Source of the DNA: an uncultured Opitutales bacterium
GTDB taxonomy: Bacteria; Verrucomicrobiota; Verrucomicrobiia; Opitutales; Intestinicryptomonadaceae
Length of the DNA stretch: 32,000 nt
Assembly: GCA_934660865.1 (NCBI GenBank)
Contig: CAKUIA010000006.1
Span: 78,418-110,417 of the forward strand
Reading direction: 5' to 3'
Shown here: in pieces, positions 1 to 8,063 of the stretch
Layout: the number at the start of each line of letters is the position of its first letter
Numbering within the stretch: position 1 is the stretch's first letter
Notes under the pieces: model-generated
What the model was told of the DNA's origin: nothing
Seen by the model: the letters and a program-made list of their open reading frames with translations, nothing else
Database searches by the model: none
Program-made: the position numbers and the translations under genes

Positions 1-96
1 AGGTTTTGAAAGATACTGATTCCGAACGGGAATTCGGGAAAGCGTATAGCTCGATAGAAACGGCTATGAAAGTGTGGAATTCGAGAATCAGAAAGA

Positions 97-465
97 ATGT
101 TGAATATGCCGTCAGATAGATTTTTCCACATTCTTTGCACCGACGGCGAGAAAGTCCGCTATGAGGGGCGATTCCAATGCTCGAGCCGAAATGTTGCATA
201 CCGACTCTTGCGCGAAAAAGTCGGCAAAAAGAACCTCTACGGACTCAAATACACCATCACTGAATTCCCAATAGAAGTTCTTCGTGAAATTATAGATTCA
301 ATTCTGAATAAAAGACCTCTGCCCGAGGGAGATATTTTAAAGCACAAGACGGTTCAAAGCCCACCGAAACAGCCTCCACAAGTCTACGCAAATGTTAAAG
401 ATATGCGGTATAATCCACACAAGCCGACTCGCTCGACGGTAAAAAGGCGATTGGGGGATTTATGA
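97..465 (+). CDS. hypothetical protein (122 aa)
   Basis: ATG-initiated ORF. Its stop overlaps the next start (ATGA at 462-465), which suggests translational coupling. No motif recognised. Confidence 0.5.
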   Translation: MLNMPSDRFFHILCTDGEKVRYEGRFQCSSRNVAYRLLREKVGKKNLYGLKYTITEFPIEVLREIIDSILNKRPLPEGDILKHKTVQSPPKQPPQVYANVKDMRYNPHKPTRSTVKRRLGDL

Positions 466-878
466 AATACCTTCTCGACCTAAACCAGACGCTTGTCGAC
501 CGCGAGAAAGACGCGCCGAGAATACGACCGTTTGAGCGTCAAATAGAACGCGAGACATACCGCCAGTGGCTCGTTGAAATCTTGCGGGATAGCTATGTAA
601 TCCTGATAACGGCGCGCCCCGTAAAATACAAACAAATGACGCTCGAACGGATTTTGGCTCTCACAAATTGGCAGCCTCGGGAAGCATATTTCGCGGAAAT
701 AAAAACGCTCCCGCACCTAAAAAAAGAATATCTCTTGCGCAAATACATACTTCCAAGATTTAAGCCCGACGAACTTTTCGGAATAGAAAGCAACCCCAAA
801 ACCCGCACGATATATTCAAATTACGGAATTGCGTCCGCTCCCGCCATCGACGAAAACGGCGTTAAAATATCGCTTTAA
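462..878 (+). CDS. HAD-like fold protein, paralog A (138 aa), variant catalytic motifs
   Basis: N-terminal LLDLNQTLV resembles HAD motif I (DxDxT) with Asn in place of the second Asp. ILITAR resembles motif II. GIESNPKT sits where the acidic motif IV is expected. Clear paralog of 3032..3466. Confidence 0.6.
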   Translation: MKYLLDLNQTLVDREKDAPRIRPFERQIERETYRQWLVEILRDSYVILITARPVKYKQMTLERILALTNWQPREAYFAEIKTLPHLKKEYLLRKYILPRFKPDELFGIESNPKTRTIYSNYGIASAPAIDENGVKISL

Positions 879-904
879 TTTTGACACTTCCGCCGTTATA
901 TATG
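878..904 (+). promoter_or_regulatory. ATTTTGACA-N15-ATG motif copy (a)
   Basis: TTGACA at 881-886, a pyrimidine-rich 15-nt spacer with no Shine-Dalgarno, ATG at 902. It directly follows the TAA of the upstream gene. Confidence 0.6.
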
Positions 905-1540
905 GCAGAAGACAAAGCACGCATTTTGGCGGACGGAATTGAAGTTTGGTGCGCCTACGACAAACTCGTAAAGGTTGACGAACTTATTCCCCACCCGAAA
1001 AATCCCAACACCCACCCGCAAAACCAGATAAAGATTCTGGCGCAGAATATCCGCTACCACGGTTGGCGGCACCCGATTGTGGTTTCAAAACTTTCTGGCT
1101 ACATTGTGGCTGGACACGGCAGACTCGAAGCCGCGAAAGAATTGGGCGTTTCAATCGTCCCCGTAGAATTTCAAAAATTTTCTTCCGAAGACAACGAACT
1201 TGCCGTTCTTGTCGGCGACAACCGCTTGGCGGAGCTTTCGAGCATAGACCTAAACGGGCTTCAAGACATCGTAGACGGTTTCAAGGAGACGAGCTTCGAT
1301 ACAATCTTGGCAGGTTTTGAACCAGCCGATTTGGACGCTCTGCTTGACGAAAAAACTCCCGATTTTGAAGACGAAGCCGAAAGGGAGCTTACCCAATCGG
1401 AAGTTACAATTCAGGCTGGGAACTATCGATTCCGCATAAGTCAGGAAGATTTCGGTGTATGGATTGACAAATTAAAGCAGGAAGTCGGCTTCGACAAGGA
1501 ATCGGTAATTGCCGAACTTCGCAGGAGGCTTTCCATATGA
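902..1540 (+). CDS. ParB-like N-terminal (nuclease/Srx-like) domain protein
   Basis: IPHPKNPNTHPQNQIKILAQNIRYHGWRHPIVV...VAGHGRLEAAKELG matches the ParB-like domain commonly found in phage ParB and methylase proteins. Start taken at ATG 902 rather than the track's TTG 881, because of the recurring motif. Confidence 0.8.
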   Translation: MAEDKARILADGIEVWCAYDKLVKVDELIPHPKNPNTHPQNQIKILAQNIRYHGWRHPIVVSKLSGYIVAGHGRLEAAKELGVSIVPVEFQKFSSEDNELAVLVGDNRLAELSSIDLNGLQDIVDGFKETSFDTILAGFEPADLDALLDEKTPDFEDEAERELTQSEVTIQAGNYRFRISQEDFGVWIDKLKQEVGFDKESVIAELRRRLSI

Positions 1541-3048
1541 TAAAAATTGAGCCTCTTTCGGCGGTAAACCCGTCGACCTACAACCCGCGAACCGCCGACC
1601 CGAAGCGGCTTGATTTGATTGAGCTTTCGCTTCGCAAATTGGGATTCATTGCGCCGATATATGCCGACGCAAACGGCGAAATTCTTTCGGGGCACCAACG
1701 CCATTTTGTGGCAACGCGAATGGGCGTAAAAAACGTTCCAGTTTTCAGGATTCCGCCGATGGAATTGGAGAAGCGCAAGGCGTTGAACATTGTCTTTAAC
1801 CGCGCCACTAACGACGGCGACATTTGCCAGACACCAGAAAAGGCTAAGCGCATTCTGGAAAGTCTAAATCTCTCGGAACTCGCCGAAAATATTCAAGACA
1901 AGGAGTTGGAGAGCAGAGACTTTTTCAGATGCGCCTACCCTGCGAAGGTGTCGGTTGCAAAACTTTGCAGGATAAATTCGGGACGATGGATTCAATACGC
2001 AAAGAGCATTGCCAGAACACTTCGCAAGGCTGGAATTGTTATGCCGATTGTCTGCACGCCAGACGGCAAAGTTATAAACGGAATCGGAAGACTCGAAATG
2101 CTTGCCGAACTCAAAGTAGATACTTGCGATGTGGTCTACATTTCCGAAGACGAGGCGAAATTTGCCGACGCTATGATGAACCTGCTTACGATGGAGTTCG
2201 ACATTCACACGCGCTACGCCGATTTGCTCCGCTATAATTCGTTCCGACGCGCCCGCAGAGTTCGCGAAGAATTGGGACACGGCTTTGTGTTCGCCGTTCA
2301 CGGGAATAAGCCCTGCCACAGTTTCGATATTTTCGATAAGTCGCAACAGGCGAAATGGCGCAAGGAGCACGGAAATTCAATTCTCGACTTCGGCGCGGGA
2401 CACCTTACGGAGACGAACATTTTGAAGTCTGCGGGCTTTGATTGTGTTCCGTTTGAGCCGTATCACATAAGCGTTTCCGAAATCGACAAGGAAAAGTCGC
2501 TTGAGATTTCGAGGGAATTTCTAAACGCCGTCGCAAATGGCAAGGAATTTACAAGCATATTCATTTCAAGCGTGTTAAACTCAGTTCCTTTCGCAAGGGA
2601 TAGAGAACACATAGTTTGCATTTGCGCCGCGTTGTGTCGTCCGTTTACAAAACTCTACGCCTGCGCTTCGTCGACGGCAGAAACCGGTTATAGGCAGGTA
2701 AACGGCAAGGCATTTCATAATGAATCGAATGCGGGCAATATAGCGTTTCGCCTTGAATACGAATCGGGAGTTCGCATTGGCGACTTTCAGGACAAGCCGA
2801 AAGTCCAGAAATACCACACAAAAAAGGAATTCTACGAACTCTTTTCGCCGTTTTTTAGAAACATTCAGATTTCGGAAATGACGGGCAACGTAAACGCCAA
2901 ATGCGAAAACGTCAGACGCATTCCGTGGGAACGCCTCGAAGAAGCGTTGAGATTTGAATTCAATCTGCCTTATCCCGACGGCTCTCGTATGGGATTGGTA
3001 GACGAGGCAATTTCGGCATTCAAACACCGCTATGAAATACTTGGTTGA
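1537..3048 (+). CDS. ParB-like domain(s) fused to a class I SAM-dependent methyltransferase (503 aa)
   Basis: N-terminus has NPRTADPKRLDLIELSLRKLGFIAPIY...SGHQRHFVA (ParB-like). A second degenerate ParB-like stretch lies near residue 170-200 (INGIGRLEMLAEL). C-terminal half has ILDFGAGHL (SAM motif I) and VPFEPY (acidic residue after beta-2). GGAGG lies upstream and the ATGA overlaps the previous gene. Confidence 0.8.
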   Translation: MIKIEPLSAVNPSTYNPRTADPKRLDLIELSLRKLGFIAPIYADANGEILSGHQRHFVATRMGVKNVPVFRIPPMELEKRKALNIVFNRATNDGDICQTPEKAKRILESLNLSELAENIQDKELESRDFFRCAYPAKVSVAKLCRINSGRWIQYAKSIARTLRKAGIVMPIVCTPDGKVINGIGRLEMLAELKVDTCDVVYISEDEAKFADAMMNLLTMEFDIHTRYADLLRYNSFRRARRVREELGHGFVFAVHGNKPCHSFDIFDKSQQAKWRKEHGNSILDFGAGHLTETNILKSAGFDCVPFEPYHISVSEIDKEKSLEISREFLNAVANGKEFTSIFISSVLNSVPFARDREHIVCICAALCRPFTKLYACASSTAETGYRQVNGKAFHNESNAGNIAFRLEYESGVRIGDFQDKPKVQKYHTKKEFYELFSPFFRNIQISEMTGNVNAKCENVRRIPWERLEEALRFEFNLPYPDGSRMGLVDEAISAFKHRYEILG

Positions 3049-3466
3049 TTTAAACTATACGCTTGTTGGAAATTCCCCGAGATGGGGAGAACCGCGCATT
3101 ACGCCGTTTTCAAGGCAGATTGAGCGGGAGACATACCGCCAGTGGCTTGTGGATTTCTTGCGGGATAAATACGCAATCCTCATTACTGCGCGACCTGCCA
3201 AATACAAAGAACAAACGCTTGCGAGGATTTTCTCTCAGACAAATTGGCACCCGCAGGAAACATATTTTGCGGAGATTTCCGCTACTCCACCCGAAATCAA
3301 AGAAGACCTATTGTTGCGGTATATCTTCCCGAAACACGGCAAAAATGGCGCGGATTTCTTCGGCATTGAAAGCAATCCGAAAACGCGGGCAATGTATGGA
3401 AAACATGATATAGAATCGCTATGTTTTGCCGATTTTAAGAAACAAACCGTTGACAAATTCGGATAA
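3032..3466 (+). CDS. HAD-like fold protein, paralog B (144 aa)
   Basis: Shares MKYL(L/V)DLN.TLV, RQIERETYRQWLV, ILITARP.KYK, TNW.P.E.YFAEI and FGIESNPKTR with 462..878. Includes an identical 20-nt run, gagacataccgccagtggct. Overlaps the end of 1537..3048 by 17 nt. Confidence 0.6.
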   Translation: MKYLVDLNYTLVGNSPRWGEPRITPFSRQIERETYRQWLVDFLRDKYAILITARPAKYKEQTLARIFSQTNWHPQETYFAEISATPPEIKEDLLLRYIFPKHGKNGADFFGIESNPKTRAMYGKHDIESLCFADFKKQTVDKFG

Positions 3467-3478
3467 AAGGAAGAGATT

Positions 3479-3649
3479 ATGGGCATGACAATGATAGCAA
3501 CACAGACAGAAGAAGAAATCCAACGTCAAGTGCGCGTTATCAGAGATGCCGCGCGGATTATTCGCCGTAGTCGGAGTAAGACCGACGCTTTTTTAAGGGC
3601 TATCGACCCAGATCTTGATAAACGTAAGAAGGCGAAGAAAAGTAAATAA
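3479..3649 (+). CDS. small basic hypothetical protein (56 aa), not in the ORF track
   Basis: Hand-translated: MGMTMIATQTEEEIQRQVRVIRDAARIIRRSRSKTDAFLRAIDPDLDKRKKAKKSK. AAGGAAG Shine-Dalgarno lies 8 nt upstream. The stop abuts the ATG of the next gene (TAAATG). Confidence 0.4.
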   Translation: MGMTMIATQTEEEIQRQVRVIRDAARIIRRSRSKTDAFLRAIDPDLDKRKKAKKSK

Positions 3650-4297
3650 ATGAATTCTTCGCTCATACTTACTGGCTATCACGGTTGCGATATAACTACG
3701 GCATATGACGTTGTTCTGGACGGACGTTTGAATCCGAGTCGAAACACATACGACTGGCTTGGGAATGGCGTTTATTTTTGGGAAGACGATATTGAAAGAG
3801 CCTATGACTGGGCAAAATACGTTTCGGCGAATCCCAAACTTTTTCACAACAAAATAGAACATCCTTGTGTTGTCGGCGCGGTAATCGAGTTGAAAAACCA
3901 TCTTGATTTGACTATTTCAAGCGCAAGGCAGGTCGTAAGAGAAGCATACAACAACATTTCGGAAATCTACGCCGAAAAGGGTTTGGAATTGCCCAAAAAT
4001 CGCAAATCGTCAAAAGGCGATGACTATTTGAAGATTCGCGAACTCGACTGCTTGGTTATAAATTCGATAAACGAGTTTAGAAAAGCCAAGAAAGAACCGC
4101 TTATTGATGTCGTTCGAGCTCCGTTTTTGGAGGGTGAACCTCTATACGCAGGGGCTTCTTTTATGAACGAGACTCATATCCAAATTTGCGTAAAAGATCT
4201 CTCCGCAATTAGGGGATATTTTATTCCGCCGCAATTCAAGAGTATGTTTAAGAACGCAAAAATTCCGAATTGGGATAAGGTTCTCGGGGAATATTAA
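3650..4297 (+). CDS. DUF3990-like protein (215 aa)
   Basis: GYHGC...LGNGVYFWEDDIERAYDWA and the later THIQICV resemble, from memory, the DUF3990 pattern (YHGS...FGxGFYxT...A..WA...THQI). Confidence 0.55.
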   Translation: MNSSLILTGYHGCDITTAYDVVLDGRLNPSRNTYDWLGNGVYFWEDDIERAYDWAKYVSANPKLFHNKIEHPCVVGAVIELKNHLDLTISSARQVVREAYNNISEIYAEKGLELPKNRKSSKGDDYLKIRELDCLVINSINEFRKAKKEPLIDVVRAPFLEGEPLYAGASFMNETHIQICVKDLSAIRGYFIPPQFKSMFKNAKIPNWDKVLGEY

Positions 4298-4323
4298 ATT
4301 TTGACATTCCGCCGTCTTGTATG
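4298..4323 (+). promoter_or_regulatory. ATTTTGACA-N14-ATG motif copy (b)
   Basis: TTGACA at 4301-4306, spacer ttccgccgtcttgt, ATG at 4321. The spacer is nearly identical to copy (a). Follows the TAA at 4295-4297. Confidence 0.6.
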
Positions 4324-5016
4324 GAATTGCATACGGACGACAGGATTATTTCGCGACAGAGCAACTGGGTGTTCGACGAACACGTCGCGCCCGAATTCGA
4401 CAAGCACGTCAGAAAGAGCGTGCCCAATTACGTTCACGTTCAGGATTTGGCGGAGACATTTTCCGACTGGTTCACATACCCCAATTCGACTGTAATCGAC
4501 TTCGGGGCTTCCACAGGCGAAACCCTGCGCAGGATAAAACGCCGCCATTCGAAAACGATCCACCTCATAGGCTACGACAATTCGCAGGCGATGATAAATC
4601 AGGCGAAAACAAAAGGCGTAGACATCATTTTTGCCGACCTCGAAAAGCCGTTTGTTCTGCCCAATTTTTCCTACGCAGTTTCGCTTTACACATTGCAATT
4701 CCTGCGCCCAGACGCGCGGAACGCGCTGTTAAAGCGCATATTCCACAGCCTTGAAAATTGCGGCGGAATGTTTGTCGTCGAAAAAGTTCTCGGCTCAACA
4801 TCGCAAATGCAGGACATTTTGCAACAGCTCTATTGGGAAATGAAGGCAAAGAACGGCTTTTCGTCAGAACAAATCATCAACAAGGCGAAAGCCCTGCGCG
4901 GGTGTATGTATCCCAAAACCGTAGCCGACAACGAAGCGGAATTCCGCGCAATCGGGTTCAATTCGGAAATAGTTTTCAAAGAATCGCAGTTCTGCGGTTG
5001 GCTGCTTACGAAATGA
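4321..5016 (+). CDS. CmoA-like SAM-dependent methyltransferase / carboxy-SAM synthase family (231 aa)
   Basis: NWVFDEHVAPEFDKHVRKSVPNY, VIDFGASTG, YTLQFLRPDARNALLKRIFHSLENCGGMFVVEK and the C-terminal FCGWLLTK parallel E. coli CmoA ([59 protein letters not shown]), recalled from memory. Confidence 0.7.
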   Translation: MELHTDDRIISRQSNWVFDEHVAPEFDKHVRKSVPNYVHVQDLAETFSDWFTYPNSTVIDFGASTGETLRRIKRRHSKTIHLIGYDNSQAMINQAKTKGVDIIFADLEKPFVLPNFSYAVSLYTLQFLRPDARNALLKRIFHSLENCGGMFVVEKVLGSTSQMQDILQQLYWEMKAKNGFSSEQIINKAKALRGCMYPKTVADNEAEFRAIGFNSEIVFKESQFCGWLLTK

Positions 5017-6794
5017 AGCTTCTTCGGGATATTCTCAAAGACGCTTGGACGCCCGCCGACCGCCGAGAGCCTTGGCGTTGGTGCGAAGACCATATAAAAA
5101 GCATTCCGTATTCGCCGCTTCCAGGACCGTTCAGAAGCGAAAACTCGCCGTGGATTCGCGAAGTTATGGAGGCAATCGTTGACCCGAAAATCCGCCTTGT
5201 CTCGATTATCGCCGCCGTCCAAAGCTCGAAGACTACAAGTCCCGAGCTTACGCTTTGCTACATAATAGCCAACCTCCCAGGACCTTGCCTTTGGCTCGAC
5301 CAGACGGACGAAGACGCAAAAGACGAGTCGGAAAGCCGCCTGCAAAAGCTTTTTGAGAGCTGCGAGCCGGTAAAAAAGCTATTTCCAAAGAACAAAAATA
5401 AACAGCGCAACTGCACAATCCACTTTTCAAACGGAATGACGCTTTGGCTGCTGGGAGCGTATAACAAGACCAATCTCCAACGCCGTTCAATCCGCTGGCT
5501 TTTCGGAGACGAAACTTGGCGATGGCCAGTCGGACATATGGCGGAAGCGGAGGCAAGAACTACGGCTTTCGGGTGGCTCGGCAAATGCGTGTTTATGAGT
5601 CAAGGCGGAGAGGAGAACGACGACACCCACCGCAAATTTGAAACAACCGATATGCGCGAATGGCACTACAAGTGTCCCAAATGCGGCAAATACATTCCCT
5701 ACAAGTGGGAAAACATCGAGTGGGACGACGACTGCAAAGACGAAAACGGCGAATACGACTTTTCAAAAATCAACCATTCAACAGCCTTGAAATGTCCCGA
5801 ATGCGGGGAGTATTTTGAGGATTCCGACAGAATGAGGCGCATTCTCAACAAGGACGGAAAGTTTATCGCGCTCAATCCGAATGCTTCAAAAGAAAACGTG
5901 GGCTTCCATTGGAATGCGCTCGCTTCGATGAGTTGGGGCAAGCTTGCCGAGCTTTACCTTCGCGCGAAAATTGCCGCAAGAAAGGGCGACAGCTCTTTGC
6001 TGCAACAATTCTACCAGAAACGCCTTGCTCTTGCTTGGAGGGAATTTGCCGAAGACTACCGCCTTGAAATCGCCTCTGGCAGCTATAATTCGGGGGACGT
6101 TTGGGATGAGGAAGCGGGCTTCAACAAGCTCGGTGAAATCATCGCCCCGCCTTTTGCCGAAAACGAGGTTATCGCGCCGCTTCGCATAATGTCGGTTGAT
6201 GTTCAGATGAACTGCTTTTACTTGGTTGTCCGCGCTTGGAGCATTAACGGTTCGAGTCGTCTTCTATGGCACGAAAAGGTACTGACGTGGGAAGACATCG
6301 AGGAAATCCAAAAGCGTTTTAAAATTTTGGACAACCTTGTATTTGTCGACGCGGGGTATAATTCGTTTGAAGTCTACAAGCATTGCGGGGAGCGGAATTG
6401 GATTGCGCTTATGGGCGACAACAGGGCGAACTTCTTTCACAGACTTCCGAACGGCAAGACGGTTTTGCGCTTTTACTCTCCCGTAAAGCACATATTTATT
6501 TCGCGCTACGTTAAGTGCCGTATGCACTTTTGGAGCAACCTCAACGTAAAAGACACTTTGGCGAGAATCAGGCGAAACCAGAATCCTGCCGACGGCGCAA
6601 CTTGGGAAGTGCCGACGGATATTTCCGAAGACTACTTAAAGCAAATGGAGTCCGAACACCGCATTAAAAAGGGCAACTCGTGGATATGGGAGCAAATCGG
6701 CAACCGCCCCAACCACTACCTCGACTGCGAAGCTATGAACTGCGCAGGAGCGTTGATGTTGAAGATTGTGGGGAACAATGGTTTATATAGTTAA
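5013..6794 (+). CDS. terminase large subunit, GpA (lambda-like) family
   Basis: Walker-A-like AAVQSSKTT and paired zinc-ribbon motifs CPKCGK...CPECGE, as in GpA-family terminases. Size about 593 aa. Position immediately upstream of gpW-like and portal genes. Start taken at ATG 5013, which overlaps the stop of 4321..5016. Confidence 0.85.
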   Translation: MKLLRDILKDAWTPADRREPWRWCEDHIKSIPYSPLPGPFRSENSPWIREVMEAIVDPKIRLVSIIAAVQSSKTTSPELTLCYIIANLPGPCLWLDQTDEDAKDESESRLQKLFESCEPVKKLFPKNKNKQRNCTIHFSNGMTLWLLGAYNKTNLQRRSIRWLFGDETWRWPVGHMAEAEARTTAFGWLGKCVFMSQGGEENDDTHRKFETTDMREWHYKCPKCGKYIPYKWENIEWDDDCKDENGEYDFSKINHSTALKCPECGEYFEDSDRMRRILNKDGKFIALNPNASKENVGFHWNALASMSWGKLAELYLRAKIAARKGDSSLLQQFYQKRLALAWREFAEDYRLEIASGSYNSGDVWDEEAGFNKLGEIIAPPFAENEVIAPLRIMSVDVQMNCFYLVVRAWSINGSSRLLWHEKVLTWEDIEEIQKRFKILDNLVFVDAGYNSFEVYKHCGERNWIALMGDNRANFFHRLPNGKTVLRFYSPVKHIFISRYVKCRMHFWSNLNVKDTLARIRRNQNPADGATWEVPTDISEDYLKQMESEHRIKKGNSWIWEQIGNRPNHYLDCEAMNCAGALMLKIVGNNGLYS

Positions 6795-8020
6795 ATAATT
6801 TCTCCTCGAAAATAATCTTTTATTATTTTTATATATTTATTTGGGATTCCTAGCCTTTCTCTAAACAAATTTTTCACAGGTACAGGATTTGGATTTAATA
6901 TGATTATATTTGGATATTTAGTCTTTTTGCAAAAAGCCTTTTTTAATAAATCAATTGCTCTTATATCAGTGATGGGGAAAGAGTATCCAATTACATATAT
7001 TGATTCTGCTTTACTTAAATCAGATTCAGCATATTCCCATAAATTTTTAAATAATTTGCCCCAAAAATTATAACTTTTATTTTTGACTGGAGGGATAATC
7101 AGTGGAGTACTTGGCATTCCATCACTAGGATAATTACTTTCAGGAATCCAAGGAAATTTCGGTCTTACCCTGATAATAAGCCGATCTTTAGGTGCTGTTT
7201 TTCCTTTGTCTGATAAAATATTTGGGGGATAATATCCCATAGAAAAAGGAGCATATCCTTCCATATATCTACCCGCGTACGCAGGATAAGGTTTAGTTGC
7301 GTATTCATATATCCAAACTGAATCATTTGGAGATTCTTGTATTAGTTTAAAATCTTTTGCTTCTTGATCATAGTACATAGGAGAAGTGAGCCAATTTGTT
7401 GAGCCATGTAACTTTATTAATTTTGGGGATTGTTTGAAGCTGTTTTGAGGCAACAGCCATTTATCTCGATATATACCACAAGGCGAAAAACCATATCCAA
7501 AGTCTGTTTCCCAATCAGTATCTTCTTGTAAGGCTCGATCCAATAAAGTATCCCAATTAAATGTTATTATAGTATCATCTGTATTTATTTTTTTTAAAAA
7601 TAATCTATGTGCTTTTGATGTTGGTCCATTTTGAATTTCATTTATAATCGATGAAAAAAAATAAACCAATTGTTGATAAGTTTTTGTCAATATAAGCAAC
7701 TCGCTGGAAATATGTTCGCAATTTTGATCCTTTTCAATTAAGGTAAGCATTTTATATTCAATCGCAGAGTGAATTTTCTCAATATCTAAATCTCCTTTAA
7801 AAACTGATTCGATAGGAACATTTCTGGTCTTATGTAAATAATTCACGATGTCACCGATTATAACCCAAGGGTTTTGTGATATATTTAATTTTTCAAAGGT
7901 AGAAAAAACCTCTGTTGCCAATGGCATTTTTTGACCAGATAAGGATTCACCATAAGACTTAGATGCTCCAGCTCCCAATATATATACATTCATTTCATTA
8001 TTTAAGTTCAATGGATACAT
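6791..8020 (-). CDS. SIR2-like (SIR2_2 type) domain protein, stand-alone
   Basis: YILGAGASKSYG (N-terminal glycine motif), IITFNWDTLLD (TTNYD-like, Asn retained), LIKLHGSTNW (catalytic His) and YVIGYSFPITD. AT-rich, on the opposite strand to the phage genes. Start at ATG 8020 or 7993; the track's 8068 start would run through the gpW promoter motif. Confidence 0.8.
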   Translation of the reverse strand: MYPLNLNNEMNVYILGAGASKSYGESLSGQKMPLATEVFSTFEKLNISQNPWVIIGDIVNYLHKTRNVPIESVFKGDLDIEKIHSAIEYKMLTLIEKDQNCEHISSELLILTKTYQQLVYFFSSIINEIQNGPTSKAHRLFLKKINTDDTIITFNWDTLLDRALQEDTDWETDFGYGFSPCGIYRDKWLLPQNSFKQSPKLIKLHGSTNWLTSPMYYDQEAKDFKLIQESPNDSVWIYEYATKPYPAYAGRYMEGYAPFSMGYYPPNILSDKGKTAPKDRLIIRVRPKFPWIPESNYPSDGMPSTPLIIPPVKNKSYNFWGKLFKNLWEYAESDLSKAESIYVIGYSFPITDIRAIDLLKKAFCKKTKYPNIIILNPNPVPVKNLFRERLGIPNKYIKIIKDYFRGEII

Positions 8021-8033
8021 GTAAATTACTCGA

Positions 8034-8063
8034 ATTTTTTTGACAAGTTTTATTCTTATCATG
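8034..8063 (+). promoter_or_regulatory. ATTTTTTTGACA-N15-ATG motif copy (g)
   Basis: TTGACA at 8040-8045, 15-nt spacer with no Shine-Dalgarno, ATG at 8061. Confidence 0.55.

Noticed and set aside
3-119. Partial ORF at the left edge (ends TAG 117-119), possibly the 3' end of an upstream gene
   Set aside because: Only 38 codons are visible and no motif is present. It overlaps the start of 97..465. The evidence is insufficient to call it.
881-886. TTGACA boxes read as classical sigma70 -35 elements
   Set aside because: The start codon lies only 14-15 nt downstream in all nine copies. That leaves no room for a 17-bp spacer, a -10 hexamer and a leader, and the sequence at the expected -10 position is not TATAAT-like.
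4758-5012. N-terminal 85-codon extension of the terminase ORF
   Set aside because: It lies entirely inside the well-supported CmoA-like gene in another frame and is Arg-rich with low complexity. ATG 5013 overlaps the upstream stop and begins the conserved terminase sequence.
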